From Candidatus Omnitrophota bacterium (GTDB taxonomy: Bacteria > Hinthialibacterota > Hinthialibacteria > OLB16), in NCBI GenBank assembly GCA_020632575.1, contig JACKFH010000006.1, positions 10,117 through 74,116 of the forward strand: a DNA stretch of 64,000 bases. The letters are read 5' to 3'. Shown here piece after piece: positions 30,168-39,792 of this stretch. The first letter of the stretch is position 1. Each line of letters starts with the position of its first letter. The position numbers were made by a program, and so were the translations under genes. The notes under the pieces were generated by a model that saw only the letters and a list, made by a program, of their open reading frames with translations, had not been told where the DNA came from and searched no databases.

Positions 30168-31448
30168 TCACCCAAACCGCCCCAACCCCACCCCCTTCAA
30201 ATCCATCTCCGGCTCCTCACCCATCGCCAACCGCGCGGTCAGCTTCCCGGTGATCGGCCCAAGCAATATCCCGATCTTCGCGTGTCCCGCGGCGATAGTG
30301 AGGTTCTCGATCCCATTCGGTTTCCCAATCACGGGGAGTCCATCGGGAAGACAGGGACGCAACCCCGCCCAGGTCTCAACTGTCTCCCACTCTCCAAGGC
30401 CAGGCAGGAATCGGTGAATCGACTTGAGGATGCCATCAATGCGCCGAGGACTGATGGTGTAGTCGACACCCGTCAGTTCAAGAGTTCCCGCGAATCTAAG
30501 CAGGTCCCCCATTGGTGTGACTGCGACATAGGCCTCGGCGAGGATCATAGGGAGAGGAGGCATCTCTCCATCGAGTCGCACCGAAAGGCTGTACCCTTTG
30601 GCGGGTTGAAGCGGTATCCGCACCCCGATTTTTTTGAGGAGGGATGGAGACAAAGCGCCGGACGCCAAGACAACTCGCTCGCCATGAAAGTCCCCATGGT
30701 CGGTCTTCGCACTCGTCACCCTTCCCTTCTCGATTGCGAGTTCCGTGACCTTGGTTCCCGTATGCACCTCCACGCCAAGATGTCGAACCGTCCTCAAAAG
30801 TCGCTCCATCAGCCGGTCGGGGATCACATGAGCGCTCTCAACATGATGCACGCCCCCCGCGATATCTTCCGAGGCGCTTGGAACTCGTTCACGAACCTTC
30901 TTCGAATCGAGGACTTCCATCTCGAATCCCTCGGACTCGAGGTGCTTGGCCTCCTCAATCCCATTCTGGAAGTTGGCCTCCTCCTCATAGACATAGAGAA
31001 GGCCCTTGCGCGTATAACAGTCATCCCCGATGACCCCAGCATCCTCGAGTTCTCGATAGAGTCTCGCGCTCGCGACATTTAGTTCGAGCAGAGTCTTCGA
31101 AGCCGCTTGCACATGAGCCTCGGTGCAATGACTCCGAAACGCCCAAAGCCAACGAAGTAGATCGAGGTCCCAGCGCGGCCGAATATAAAAAGGACTTTCC
31201 GGGTCGAGCATCCATTTGAGTCCCTTCCCGATGATGGATGGCGCGGCGAGAGGAACGATATGACTGGGCACGACAAGACCCGCGTTGCCGTGGGTCGCCC
31301 CGGAACCGATTTCGTCCTTCTCCAATAAGAGGACGCTCACGCCCGCTTTGGCGGCATAATAAGCGGTGCAAAGTCCCATGATCCCGCCGCCGATAATCAA
31401 CAGATCGGCTGAATTCGACTGCGATAAATGACTGAATTGTTTCTCCAT
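30168..31448 (-). CDS. FAD-dependent oxidoreductase (D-amino-acid dehydrogenase DadA-like)
   Basis: LLIIGGGIMGLCTAYYAAKAG FAD-binding motif. ATG at 31448 with a GGAGAGGG RBS. Confidence 0.7.
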   Translation of the reverse strand: MEKQFSHLSQSNSADLLIIGGGIMGLCTAYYAAKAGVSVLLLEKDEIGSGATHGNAGLVVPSHIVPLAAPSIIGKGLKWMLDPESPFYIRPRWDLDLLRWLWAFRSHCTEAHVQAASKTLLELNVASARLYRELEDAGVIGDDCYTRKGLLYVYEEEANFQNGIEEAKHLESEGFEMEVLDSKKVRERVPSASEDIAGGVHHVESAHVIPDRLMERLLRTVRHLGVEVHTGTKVTELAIEKGRVTSAKTDHGDFHGERVVLASGALSPSLLKKIGVRIPLQPAKGYSLSVRLDGEMPPLPMILAEAYVAVTPMGDLLRFAGTLELTGVDYTISPRRIDGILKSIHRFLPGLGEWETVETWAGLRPCLPDGLPVIGKPNGIENLTIAAGHAKIGILLGPITGKLTARLAMGEEPEMDLKGVGLGRFG

Positions 31449-31542
31449 TTTTCCCTCTCCCCCTCTTCCGTAAAGCTCATAATTCAAGATACTTCCATGA
31501 ACCGAGAGCCGCCCAGCAAATCCTGTCTTTCGGCCTCTCCCA

Positions 31543-31548
31543 AAGGAG
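31543..31548 (+). promoter_or_regulatory. Shine-Dalgarno AAGGAG for the GTG-initiated beta-helix gene
   Basis: 7 nt upstream of GTG 31556. Confidence 0.55.
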
Positions 31549-31555
31549 TTTCAAC

Positions 31556-33445
31556 GTGCAAACTTTCACCCCATCGATGGCATGGCGTTCGGTCGTCTTT
31601 ATCCTGACAACAATCGCGGCGCCCACTTTCTCTGCCACTTTTGTGGTCGAGAATGTCAATGACGCCGGCTCTGGCTCCTTGCGCCAGGCTATTTTAGACG
31701 CAAACGCTTCGATGGGCGAGGATTTCATCGGGTTCAATATTCCGGGATTCGGGCCCCACACCCTCTCGCCTCAATCCGGCTACCCAGAGATCACCGAGGC
31801 GGTCACCATCGATGGCTTCACTCAGGGCAGCCAAACAGCGAGCCCGGATGACGACGCCATCCCCAATAGCAACCTCATCGATCAACCCATCAACGCTGTC
31901 TACAAGATCGAACTTGACGGGATCAATGTGTTCAATTCCTCCGGACTCACCATCTCTGGAAGCGGCGTCACCATTCGAGGTTTGGTCATTGGCCGGTTCC
32001 GACACAACGGAATTCTCATTCAGGGCGGGGTCAACATTTCGATCGAGGGGTGCTTCATCGGCACAAGTGTTGGCGGCTCCATGGGGCGAGGAAATTTCGA
32101 GGACGGAATCAACCTGAGCGGGGCCGAGAATTGTCGGATCGGCGGACAAAATCCCGCACAGCGCAACCTGATCTCGGATAACGACGATGGGATCGATATT
32201 CAGGACTCCTCCACCGGCATCCTGGTGGGAGGGAACTTCATCGGGATCAATGCCTCTGGATCTCAGGGACTCGGAAACAGTCAGCAAGGAGTGAAGGTCG
32301 AGAATTCGTATGACAACATAATTGGAGGATCCACCTCACAATTGAGAAATGTGATTTCCGGCAACTCTCTCGCTGGGGTCGGACTTATCGGAGGTTCCAG
32401 TGGGAATACCGTTCAAGGAAACTATATTGGCGCCACGCCCAATGGCCTTTTTTCGATCGGCAACCTCGGCGAGGGAGTCGAAATCGATGATTCCCCCAAC
32501 AACCTCATCGGCGGGACCGATGGAGTCACTCCGGGAGAGGGCTGCAACGGCGCCTGCAACCTGATCTGTGGCAACAACCAGGAAGGACTCGCGATCGATG
32601 GAACCGGAGCGGTCGAGAACCGTGTCTCGGGGAATTATATTGGAACGGACCAGGCCGGAACCGCGAACCTTGGTAACGGGTTCGATGGCATCCTCATTGC
32701 CGTTGGCGGCGATGGAACCTTCATCGGCGGGACCGATCCCGGCTCTGGAAATGTGATAGCGCATAGCGGCCAGGATGGCATCGCTCTCGGCGGCGATGCG
32801 GGAACCGGCGTCTCGATTATCGGGAACTCCATTTACGATAACGGAACCCTCGGGATCGATCTGAATAACAATGGTCTCTCCGAGAACGATCTTGGATCCC
32901 CGCCCGATCAGGACACCGGCGCCAACAACCTCCAGAATTTTCCGGTTCTCTCCTCCGCAACCGTTCAAGGCGGGGAGACGCATATCACGGGAACCCTGGA
33001 AAGCCTCCCTGATTCGGATTTTCGAATTGAGTTCTTCGCCAACTCGCAATGCGATGGAACCAATCATGGCGAGGGAGAGCGGTTCCTCGGGTTCGAATTG
33101 GTTTCTACCGACAGTCTGGGCGCAGCCAACTTTGCCGCCACTCTTCCCGTCGCCGCCTCGACCGAGGCATTCATCACCGCCACCGCCACACTCCGGGACA
33201 CCCCCAACAGCCATGCCGACACCTCGGAGTTTTCAATGTGCCTCCCTGTTTTAGCGGATTGTCTCTGCCCCTCTCCCATTCCCGATTTCGTGGTGAACGG
33301 CCGAGTGGATGGGGCTGATCTGATGGCGCTTCTGCAAGCGCTCCATGATGGGGAGCCCGCCATCAATGTAAGCGGTGACGCCAGAATTACGGCACAGGAT
33401 TTCTTCCAGTTCGCGTGCTGCTGGTACGACACCGAAATGCCCTGA
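31556..33445 (+). CDS. Secreted right-handed parallel beta-helix (NosD/CASH-type) repeat protein with Cys-rich dockerin-like C-terminus
   Basis: Signal peptide. About 15 Gly/Asn-rich beta-helix coils (GNxIGxxxxG). C-terminus VNGRVDGADLMALLQAL. Confidence 0.75.
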   Translation: MQTFTPSMAWRSVVFILTTIAAPTFSATFVVENVNDAGSGSLRQAILDANASMGEDFIGFNIPGFGPHTLSPQSGYPEITEAVTIDGFTQGSQTASPDDDAIPNSNLIDQPINAVYKIELDGINVFNSSGLTISGSGVTIRGLVIGRFRHNGILIQGGVNISIEGCFIGTSVGGSMGRGNFEDGINLSGAENCRIGGQNPAQRNLISDNDDGIDIQDSSTGILVGGNFIGINASGSQGLGNSQQGVKVENSYDNIIGGSTSQLRNVISGNSLAGVGLIGGSSGNTVQGNYIGATPNGLFSIGNLGEGVEIDDSPNNLIGGTDGVTPGEGCNGACNLICGNNQEGLAIDGTGAVENRVSGNYIGTDQAGTANLGNGFDGILIAVGGDGTFIGGTDPGSGNVIAHSGQDGIALGGDAGTGVSIIGNSIYDNGTLGIDLNNNGLSENDLGSPPDQDTGANNLQNFPVLSSATVQGGETHITGTLESLPDSDFRIEFFANSQCDGTNHGEGERFLGFELVSTDSLGAANFAATLPVAASTEAFITATATLRDTPNSHADTSEFSMCLPVLADCLCPSPIPDFVVNGRVDGADLMALLQALHDGEPAINVSGDARITAQDFFQFACCWYDTEMP

Positions 33446-33493
33446 CCTTGAGGGTGAGAGCGATTTGACTCAAACGCCGTTCAAACGGTCGGT

Positions 33494-34075
33494 TCACTCA
33501 TTCGCTTTCTTCCACTCGATGGTCAACGCCCCTCGGAAATCGCCCATTTCGTATCCGGTCGCTTTATCTTTTGGGTAATGGACGGCCAAAGATTCCTTCA
33601 GTTCTGATGAAAAGGTTTCGGGATCTCCATGACACATCAGGCAAAGGGACTTTTGAATGGCGATCGGAAAAAGGACGGTGGTCATGGTGGCGCTCTCGAT
33701 CACATCCGGTTCAGGGGAGGGTTTCTCTTTCCAGTTCTGTTCCATCCCTTCCAACCACTTGCGTTGTTCCTCGGTCGGCGTGTGCAATTCCGGATTGCGG
33801 GTTTTGAGAGTGATACGTCGGACTCGGAGGATGTCCTCATGCTTTTCCCGAAAATCATTCTCGACCTGGGCCGACACCTCTTTGCAAACCTCGATCGCCC
33901 CTGCGGGTCCCCCTTGAGAAATCGCGACACTCAGCTCCTTCATGAGCGTTTTCATGAACTCCTGGGCGAGGGGTTTGCTCCGTTCCAGGGGCGATTGCGA
34001 CTCGTCGGCGACCGCATCACACAATGGCAAAGTAAGAATTCCAACCAGAAGTATAGGGAAACTCTTTCTCCACAT
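33494..34075 (-). CDS. DUF3365 (Tll0287-like) secreted heme-binding protein with CxxCH motif
   Basis: Signal peptide. CLMCHG c-type heme site. ATG with AAGGAGG 9 nt upstream. Confidence 0.65.
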   Translation of the reverse strand: MWRKSFPILLVGILTLPLCDAVADESQSPLERSKPLAQEFMKTLMKELSVAISQGGPAGAIEVCKEVSAQVENDFREKHEDILRVRRITLKTRNPELHTPTEEQRKWLEGMEQNWKEKPSPEPDVIESATMTTVLFPIAIQKSLCLMCHGDPETFSSELKESLAVHYPKDKATGYEMGDFRGALTIEWKKANE

Positions 34076-34158
34076 CGAATTCGTCCTCCTTCGATTAGCG
34101 GGCGGGTTTCGATTGTATCAATTCGGCCGTCTCTCAGCGATAGAAAAGTGAGGGCGGG

Positions 34159-35166
34159 TTATTTCGCGTCGTCGGCGTAGATATCGAAAACGAGTTGCAT
34201 TGCTTTGAGGGCTTGCTCGGAATTACCGGACTCCACAGGCGAGTCCTCGGTGATGTGACGGATAAAGTCGGCGACCTCGAGCTCCCACGAGGGATCGGTG
34301 TCGAAGTAGATGATTTCCTCGCGCGGTTTTCCGGTGGCGAATCCCTCATCGAATTTCTTACGGGCGATTGTCACCGTCTCATCCCCATAACTCCGAGTCG
34401 AAGAGAGGATTCCATTGACCGAAAGATACCCCTCGGACATGTAGATCTCGAGATTAAATCGGTGCTTCCACTGTGTGCTCGAACTGTGAAGCATCGCGGT
34501 TCGCCCCTCGGTGTCGCGCAGGATAGCAAACACATTGTCCTCGACATCGACATTCCAGAAATGGGTCGAAACGAGGCTCTTCACCTCGACAAAATCGCCA
34601 CAGAAGAGACGGAATAGATCGAGCATGTGGATCCCCTGATCCAGAAGGATGCCGCCGCCGCAAACCTCTTTCGAACTGCGCCACTCCTTTTCGAATCCCT
34701 CGCCACCGGACTTTCCGTAGACGCCTCTCAAAAACAGGATCTTCCCAAGTCTTCCAGTTTTCACGATGCGTTGCGCCTCTTGTATGCCGCCGTGATACCG
34801 GTGATTGAACCCGAATTTGAGTTTCAATTCGGGATTTCTCTTTTCGGCCTCGATAATGGCTTCAACATCCTCAACAGTCCGACCCGGCGGCTTCTCGCAA
34901 AAGACATGTTTCCCAGCATCGAGGGCGGCGATCACCGCGTCGGGGGTAAACCGGTTCGGAGTCGCCACAAACACCGCGTCGACATCCGAGTCGATCACCC
35001 TCCCGATATCCGTGAAACATTCGACCTCGGGGTAATCCTTATGAGTCGATATATTCGGATCGGCGCCTACAGTCACCTGGGCTTGAGGGTGACGCGCGAT
35101 TTCCCGGGCCCTTGTGAGCCCCATCTTTCCAAGGCCGATCAGGCCAATCTTCAGGACATCGTTCAT
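34159..35166 (-). CDS. Gfo/Idh/MocA-family NAD-dependent sugar dehydrogenase (WbpB-like)
   Basis: IGLIGLGKMG Rossmann motif. ATGA overlap with the upstream gene. Confidence 0.8.
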   Translation of the reverse strand: MNDVLKIGLIGLGKMGLTRAREIARHPQAQVTVGADPNISTHKDYPEVECFTDIGRVIDSDVDAVFVATPNRFTPDAVIAALDAGKHVFCEKPPGRTVEDVEAIIEAEKRNPELKLKFGFNHRYHGGIQEAQRIVKTGRLGKILFLRGVYGKSGGEGFEKEWRSSKEVCGGGILLDQGIHMLDLFRLFCGDFVEVKSLVSTHFWNVDVEDNVFAILRDTEGRTAMLHSSSTQWKHRFNLEIYMSEGYLSVNGILSSTRSYGDETVTIARKKFDEGFATGKPREEIIYFDTDPSWELEVADFIRHITEDSPVESGNSEQALKAMQLVFDIYADDAK

Positions 35167-36167
35167 GATTTCTTTTTGGCGGCGACCCTTAAGTGTGAAC
35201 TCAGCCGGTGCTTCTGAAGAAAGGCTTGAAAATCCTCGTGCGCCTCCGCGTCACGATGAGTCAGAAGGTAAGAGATCCATGCGGGAATCCGGATATTCGG
35301 ATCTTGTTCCACCGTGTGATGAACAAACTGGAGGTCGAGCTGACCCGGGGTGCTGAGTTCGAGGATTTCCAAACCAGCCCGGTCCAGAAGTTTTTCGATC
35401 CCATCAATCGACATCAGATTCAAATGTTCGGGAACAAAAATGTAAGGGGCGTTTCCACCGAGCACCTGTAAGTCAAAACCGCTGACCGTTCGGGTGGTGA
35501 AAAAGAAGATACCTTCATCGGAAAGCATGTCTTTCACCGAGACCAGATAATCGTATGGGGAAAACTGATGTTCGAGTTTCTCGAAGGAACTCACCGCGGT
35601 CTGTTCGCTTGGTCTGGATTCAGCGACGTTCACCTTCAAATCCGAATACACACTATCTAACGGGGAAACCGGTTCAAAAGTTGTCAACGCGTCAAAGAGG
35701 TCGAATGACGCCATCTCCTCGAAGAGTTGGGGGAGAGTGGTTCCAATATCCGTGTAGCTTTTGGAGGTCGATTGAGTGGACTCATCGACTATTCGCCCCA
35801 TCCAATTGGCGTTGGCGGCAATCTGGTGACGGTGACGGGCCTGCGCGGTGTTCCTCGCAAGGTGATCCACTCGATACCGACTTGCCTTGGATTCGGAATA
35901 GTAGTGGGCGAGAGCCTCATCGGTCGGCCGTGGGGAGACATAGATGCTCTTGCAGTCCGCACATAAGAGATAGGAAAACCCGTACTTTTCGAAAACCTTT
36001 GAGTTGAGGTGCGATCCACAAGCCGGGCAGTCGATCTCCTCGACCTCTCCCGGATCGAGAAAGTACGTTTTCGACTCCTCGATGCTGAGACGTTTGAACT
36101 CGGACATGAGAGTTGATGGCCGGATCTCCGACTCCTGCAGCCCGCTGGACACCGCGACATGTCTCAT
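35163..36167 (-). CDS. Zinc-ribbon (Methyltransf_13-like) plus methyltransferase-like protein with a degenerate SAM motif
   Basis: CPACGS..CADCKS N-terminal Zn ribbon. There is no clear GxGxG. GGAGG 6 nt upstream of ATG 36167. Confidence 0.55.
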   Translation of the reverse strand: MRHVAVSSGLQESEIRPSTLMSEFKRLSIEESKTYFLDPGEVEEIDCPACGSHLNSKVFEKYGFSYLLCADCKSIYVSPRPTDEALAHYYSESKASRYRVDHLARNTAQARHRHQIAANANWMGRIVDESTQSTSKSYTDIGTTLPQLFEEMASFDLFDALTTFEPVSPLDSVYSDLKVNVAESRPSEQTAVSSFEKLEHQFSPYDYLVSVKDMLSDEGIFFFTTRTVSGFDLQVLGGNAPYIFVPEHLNLMSIDGIEKLLDRAGLEILELSTPGQLDLQFVHHTVEQDPNIRIPAWISYLLTHRDAEAHEDFQAFLQKHRLSSHLRVAAKKKS

Positions 36168-36212
36168 GATTCGCCTCCAATTTGCCGGTCGCAACCCGTG
36201 GATTCTATCATA

Positions 36213-37082
36213 CTATCGCCTGCTTGCCGCGAGAAACAGGCTGCTCCCAAAAGGTAAATTGACACCAAGACGAATTAGAGATTGCTCCAAGGCCAATGCG
36301 CTTCCGAGAAGGCCGTTGGAAAAATCTCCGATTCGGTATTCGCTAGCCGGATCGAAATCTCCAGGGTCCTTCGGCATTCTTAATCTGGACAGTAGAAAGA
36401 GCGGAAGAAGAACGGTCACAAAAGAGGTGCATCTTGAGACCTTGAATCCTGCGCGCGCGACCTTTTCAACAAGTTCTTTTCGAGTGTACCTGCGTTTGTG
36501 GTAAGAGAAATCATCCACAACGCTCCAGAGAAATGGATGTTGAGGGACCGTGATCAGGATCCCCCCACCCGGCCTAATCGCCCGGTGAATTTCCGACAAG
36601 ACTGCCTCATCTTCTTCAATATGCTCGAGCACATCGAATGCCCCGATAACATCGAACTCTTCGGTAAAAGGAATCTTACGCCCGTCCATTTGAAATACGT
36701 CAGCGTCTGGAACACGTCTCTTAGCAAACGGGAGGCTTTCCAATGTGATGTCACTCGCTGAAAGTCGGAGATGGGGAAAATCCTTACGGACCCCGCTGAG
36801 GACGAATCCGGTTCCACAGCCAAGTTCAAAATAGTCTGCCGCCTCGGGAAAGAACCTCTGAATTGCCCACACAATCAATCGGTTGCGATTTACAAACCAG
36901 AAGTGTTTCTCCTCATCCCTGGCCATCCGCTCGGAGAAATCTGAACTCCAACCGTCATTGATTTCGGCGAGATCGGGTGCAAAGACTCGGATTCCCTCTC
37001 GCTCTTCTGGGTGGAAACCACAATCCGGGCAAATCCAATCGCTGTTTTCGAAAAGGCCGGCGCATTGGAGACACCGTCTCAC
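36213..37082 (-). CDS. Class I SAM-dependent methyltransferase with N-terminal zinc ribbon
   Basis: CLQCAG..CPDCG ribbon. ELGCGTG motif I. GTG start with GTGA overlap of the downstream stop. Confidence 0.75.
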   Translation of the reverse strand: MRRCLQCAGLFENSDWICPDCGFHPEEREGIRVFAPDLAEINDGWSSDFSERMARDEEKHFWFVNRNRLIVWAIQRFFPEAADYFELGCGTGFVLSGVRKDFPHLRLSASDITLESLPFAKRRVPDADVFQMDGRKIPFTEEFDVIGAFDVLEHIEEDEAVLSEIHRAIRPGGGILITVPQHPFLWSVVDDFSYHKRRYTRKELVEKVARAGFKVSRCTSFVTVLLPLFLLSRLRMPKDPGDFDPASEYRIGDFSNGLLGSALALEQSLIRLGVNLPFGSSLFLAASRR

Positions 37083-37465
37083 GTACGACTCCCGATGATC
37101 AATCCGGCGACAATGAGCGCGAGGCCGATGACTTTTTCCTTGGTGAGCGCTTCGCCGAAAATAAAGGCGGAACTGACGCCAACCAGGATAAAGGAGAGAC
37201 TCATGAAGGGATAAGCATAGTTCAATTCAAACTTGGTCAGAGCGGCCATCCAACAGAAAAACGCGCCAAGACCAGCAGCAAAACAACTGAGAATCCAAGG
37301 ATTGGGAACGATGGAGGCGAGGAAGAGAATCTTATCGAACAATTCTTCCGGCGGTTGACCCGCTTCATTCACCTTCCATTTCAAAACTAGGTTTCCGTAG
37401 ACGGTGAACATCACCGCACCAAAGATGAATACATAACCCATAGCGCTTGCTGTCCTTTCAATCAC
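37079..37465 (-). CDS. Small 4-TM DMT/SMR-like membrane protein (ArnE/ArnF- or GtrA-like candidate lipid-linked sugar flippase)
   Basis: About 120 aa with four hydrophobic helices. Start GTG 37465 (GTGA coupling) or ATG 37441. Confidence 0.55.
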   Translation of the reverse strand: MIERTASAMGYVFIFGAVMFTVYGNLVLKWKVNEAGQPPEELFDKILFLASIVPNPWILSCFAAGLGAFFCWMAALTKFELNYAYPFMSLSFILVGVSSAFIFGEALTKEKVIGLALIVAGLIIGSRT

Positions 37466-38373
37466 CTCTCATCGAGAATCGCGAGACCGAATCCCGACTG
37501 ACCATAGCCATTCCCATTGTAAAGCATGTATAAATGTCCCTGATGCCGCAAGACAAAAGGGTATTCAATCATTTCTGAATCCCAGCCGGAATCCGAAACG
37601 TCGATGCCCGTCTCCTGGAGCCGGAGTTCCCAATCTTCCCCATCGGGGCTGAATGCGTGACCGATTCGATAGGTGGTCCCTGTCCCGCTTCGATAGGAAA
37701 ACCACATTCGACACTCGCCACTTGGCTCGCGGACAACTGTCGGGCGTGAAAATGCCTGTGCCACGCCAACCTCGTAGGGAACTGAAACTCCGAGTCGACT
37801 CCACTGATGACCGTCTTCGGAGGTCGCCGCTTTGATCACGTGGACCATTTCTCCATTCCCGGCATCCCAGTTCACGGTCGAACCGTACCACATTCGATAA
37901 TTGTTATTCCCCTCACCCTCCACCCAGGGATAGGAAAGACTGATCGGGTCGGTCTTATCCAAGGGCATGAAAGGTCGATCACCTTCCAGTTCAAGCGAAC
38001 CCTCGGAGGTCAAGATGAGACGACCGACTTCTCCTCGCCAATGCTCTCCCGGCGGGCATTGCCAGCCCATAAAAAGAATATATCGATTCCCATCCGCCTC
38101 GTAACAGTTCCCGATGCTAACTCCATGGGAATAGAAACTCCCATCAGCGCCATGCTCGAAGACCGGTTCTTGGTGGACATACACGGTTTTCCCCTTGGCG
38201 ATGTCAACATCGACATAGCCCACTGAAGACCGTTTCTTGTCGTCGCGGCCGCTATAGAAAACACGAAAGAGATCGCCCTCCAAATGGATTGGGAGCGGGT
38301 TGGCGGCGTGACTCACCAGTTTCGGGTGAAGGGGTTCCGGGGCGTAAAGATTCCCCAGCTTTTTCCATTTCAT
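37462..38373 (-). CDS. Five-bladed beta-propeller glycosidase/glycoside-phosphorylase-like protein (GH43/GH130 superfamily)
   Basis: Composition and W/G-rich blade motifs. Cytoplasmic (no signal peptide). Confidence 0.45.
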   Translation of the reverse strand: MKWKKLGNLYAPEPLHPKLVSHAANPLPIHLEGDLFRVFYSGRDDKKRSSVGYVDVDIAKGKTVYVHQEPVFEHGADGSFYSHGVSIGNCYEADGNRYILFMGWQCPPGEHWRGEVGRLILTSEGSLELEGDRPFMPLDKTDPISLSYPWVEGEGNNNYRMWYGSTVNWDAGNGEMVHVIKAATSEDGHQWSRLGVSVPYEVGVAQAFSRPTVVREPSGECRMWFSYRSGTGTTYRIGHAFSPDGEDWELRLQETGIDVSDSGWDSEMIEYPFVLRHQGHLYMLYNGNGYGQSGFGLAILDER

Positions 38374-38421
38374 TTAGATTTAATCTTCGATCTCTCCGCA
38401 AAGCACCGGTGAAGACCTTGT

Positions 38422-39081
38422 TCACATTTCGATCTCATCGCTCTTCTTCTTGAAAAGTTTCGCTCGCTCGGGGACATACACATCCTTTTCGTTCGTGTCC
38501 TTCATAATGATCGCCCCCGCCCCGATCAGCGTGAACGGAGCAACGGTCAGCGAATTCCTCAGTGTTGCGTTGACTCCAATGAAGCAGTTCTTCCCTATAT
38601 GGCAATTGCCTGAAACCACCACATGGGAGGTGATGAAGCAGTTGTCGTCGATGGTCGAATCATGCCCGATGTGATTCCCGCTCCACAGAGTGACATTGTC
38701 CCCCAATTTCACAAAGGGTTGGACCGTGTTGTCCTCGAGAATAAAACAGTTCTCCCCCACCGGATGCTCGGTCAGATAGGAGCATCGACTGCTGACATAG
38801 GAAATCACCTCATAACCGAGTTCCTTGCATTTCAGATATTTCTCGGTTCGCACTTGATTCATCTTCGCATAGGAGAGCGCGACAAAAGCCTGATACTCCG
38901 AAGGAGGATAGGTGTCCGTGATGTTCTCGAAATCCACAAGTGGAAGCCCCTGACATTCATCCGCCTCCCGATAGGCTTTGTCGACCGTGAAAGCGACCAC
39001 TTCGTGTTCCGTATCGGTTTTGAAATAGAAATGAGCGAGACGCGCGATGTCGCCCGCGCCGAAGATGATGAGGTTGGCCAT
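38422..39081 (-). CDS. Sugar N-acetyltransferase, hexapeptide-repeat LbH family (PglD/WbpD/NeuD-like)
   Basis: N-terminal Rossmann-like IIFGAGDIAR, then hexapeptide repeats. Confidence 0.8.
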   Translation of the reverse strand: MANLIIFGAGDIARLAHFYFKTDTEHEVVAFTVDKAYREADECQGLPLVDFENITDTYPPSEYQAFVALSYAKMNQVRTEKYLKCKELGYEVISYVSSRCSYLTEHPVGENCFILEDNTVQPFVKLGDNVTLWSGNHIGHDSTIDDNCFITSHVVVSGNCHIGKNCFIGVNATLRNSLTVAPFTLIGAGAIIMKDTNEKDVYVPERAKLFKKKSDEIEM

Positions 39082-39150
39082 ATCGTTTACTCCCTTCGAT
39101 TTTTGTCGATGGAGCCGAGACCTTAGTCTCCCAACAGAAGACTGAAGCCT

Positions 39151-39792
39151 CTACTCCTTCATGGCATTGTCGGCCCTTACTAGGATCGTGAATTCATAAA
39201 GCCCGTAATCGTGCAGCAACGAAACCCAACGCGAGTATTGTCGCTTACAATGATCGAAGAGAAAACAGGGATCGGCGTAGTAAAGGTCGGGCCGCATGTA
39301 TTCCGCGTCGGAGTAGCTCGTCAGCACATTAAACGCAAACCCTTTGTTCGACAGACCCGCCAATTTGTCGATCGTCTTTAGGCAATAGTCCTTCCATTCT
39401 TCCACCGGAGTTTCCATCTTCACATTGAAAATCCCGCTTGCGACCGTGTAGTCGGCCTTTTCAAGTTGCGTTTCATCTTGGACAAACCGGCAGTTTGCTT
39501 TGGCGCCATGGATCTCTCTGGCGCGCCCGACCATCGCTTGCGAAATGTCGAATCCTCTGTACTCGAAAGGGCAATCGAGAGTCTCCAAGTACTCGACCAG
39601 CCCCCCGTAGCCACACCCAAAGTCGTTAATCGAAAAAGGACTGTCCCCCTCAGCCACTCTTAGAAGCTGCTTAAATCGCAAGAATTGAGACTCCGTCGAG
39701 TTCCAATCGACTCCTTGAGCCGAGGGACCATGCGTTTCCACTTTCTGGGTGTAGTAATCGCCAACTTGGCGAATGATCTTGTCATGGGGCAT
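39151..39792 (-). CDS. Class I SAM-dependent methyltransferase
   Basis: DFGCGYGG motif I. Confidence 0.75.
   Translation of the reverse strand: MPHDKIIRQVGDYYTQKVETHGPSAQGVDWNSTESQFLRFKQLLRVAEGDSPFSINDFGCGYGGLVEYLETLDCPFEYRGFDISQAMVGRAREIHGAKANCRFVQDETQLEKADYTVASGIFNVKMETPVEEWKDYCLKTIDKLAGLSNKGFAFNVLTSYSDAEYMRPDLYYADPCFLFDHCKRQYSRWVSLLHDYGLYEFTILVRADNAMKE

Noticed and set aside
32336-33214. 292-aa minus ORF (and 31694..32287) inside the beta-helix gene
   Set aside because: The antisense frame of a Gly/Asn-rich repeat gene. The plus frame has a signal peptide, an RBS and coherent beta-helix periodicity.
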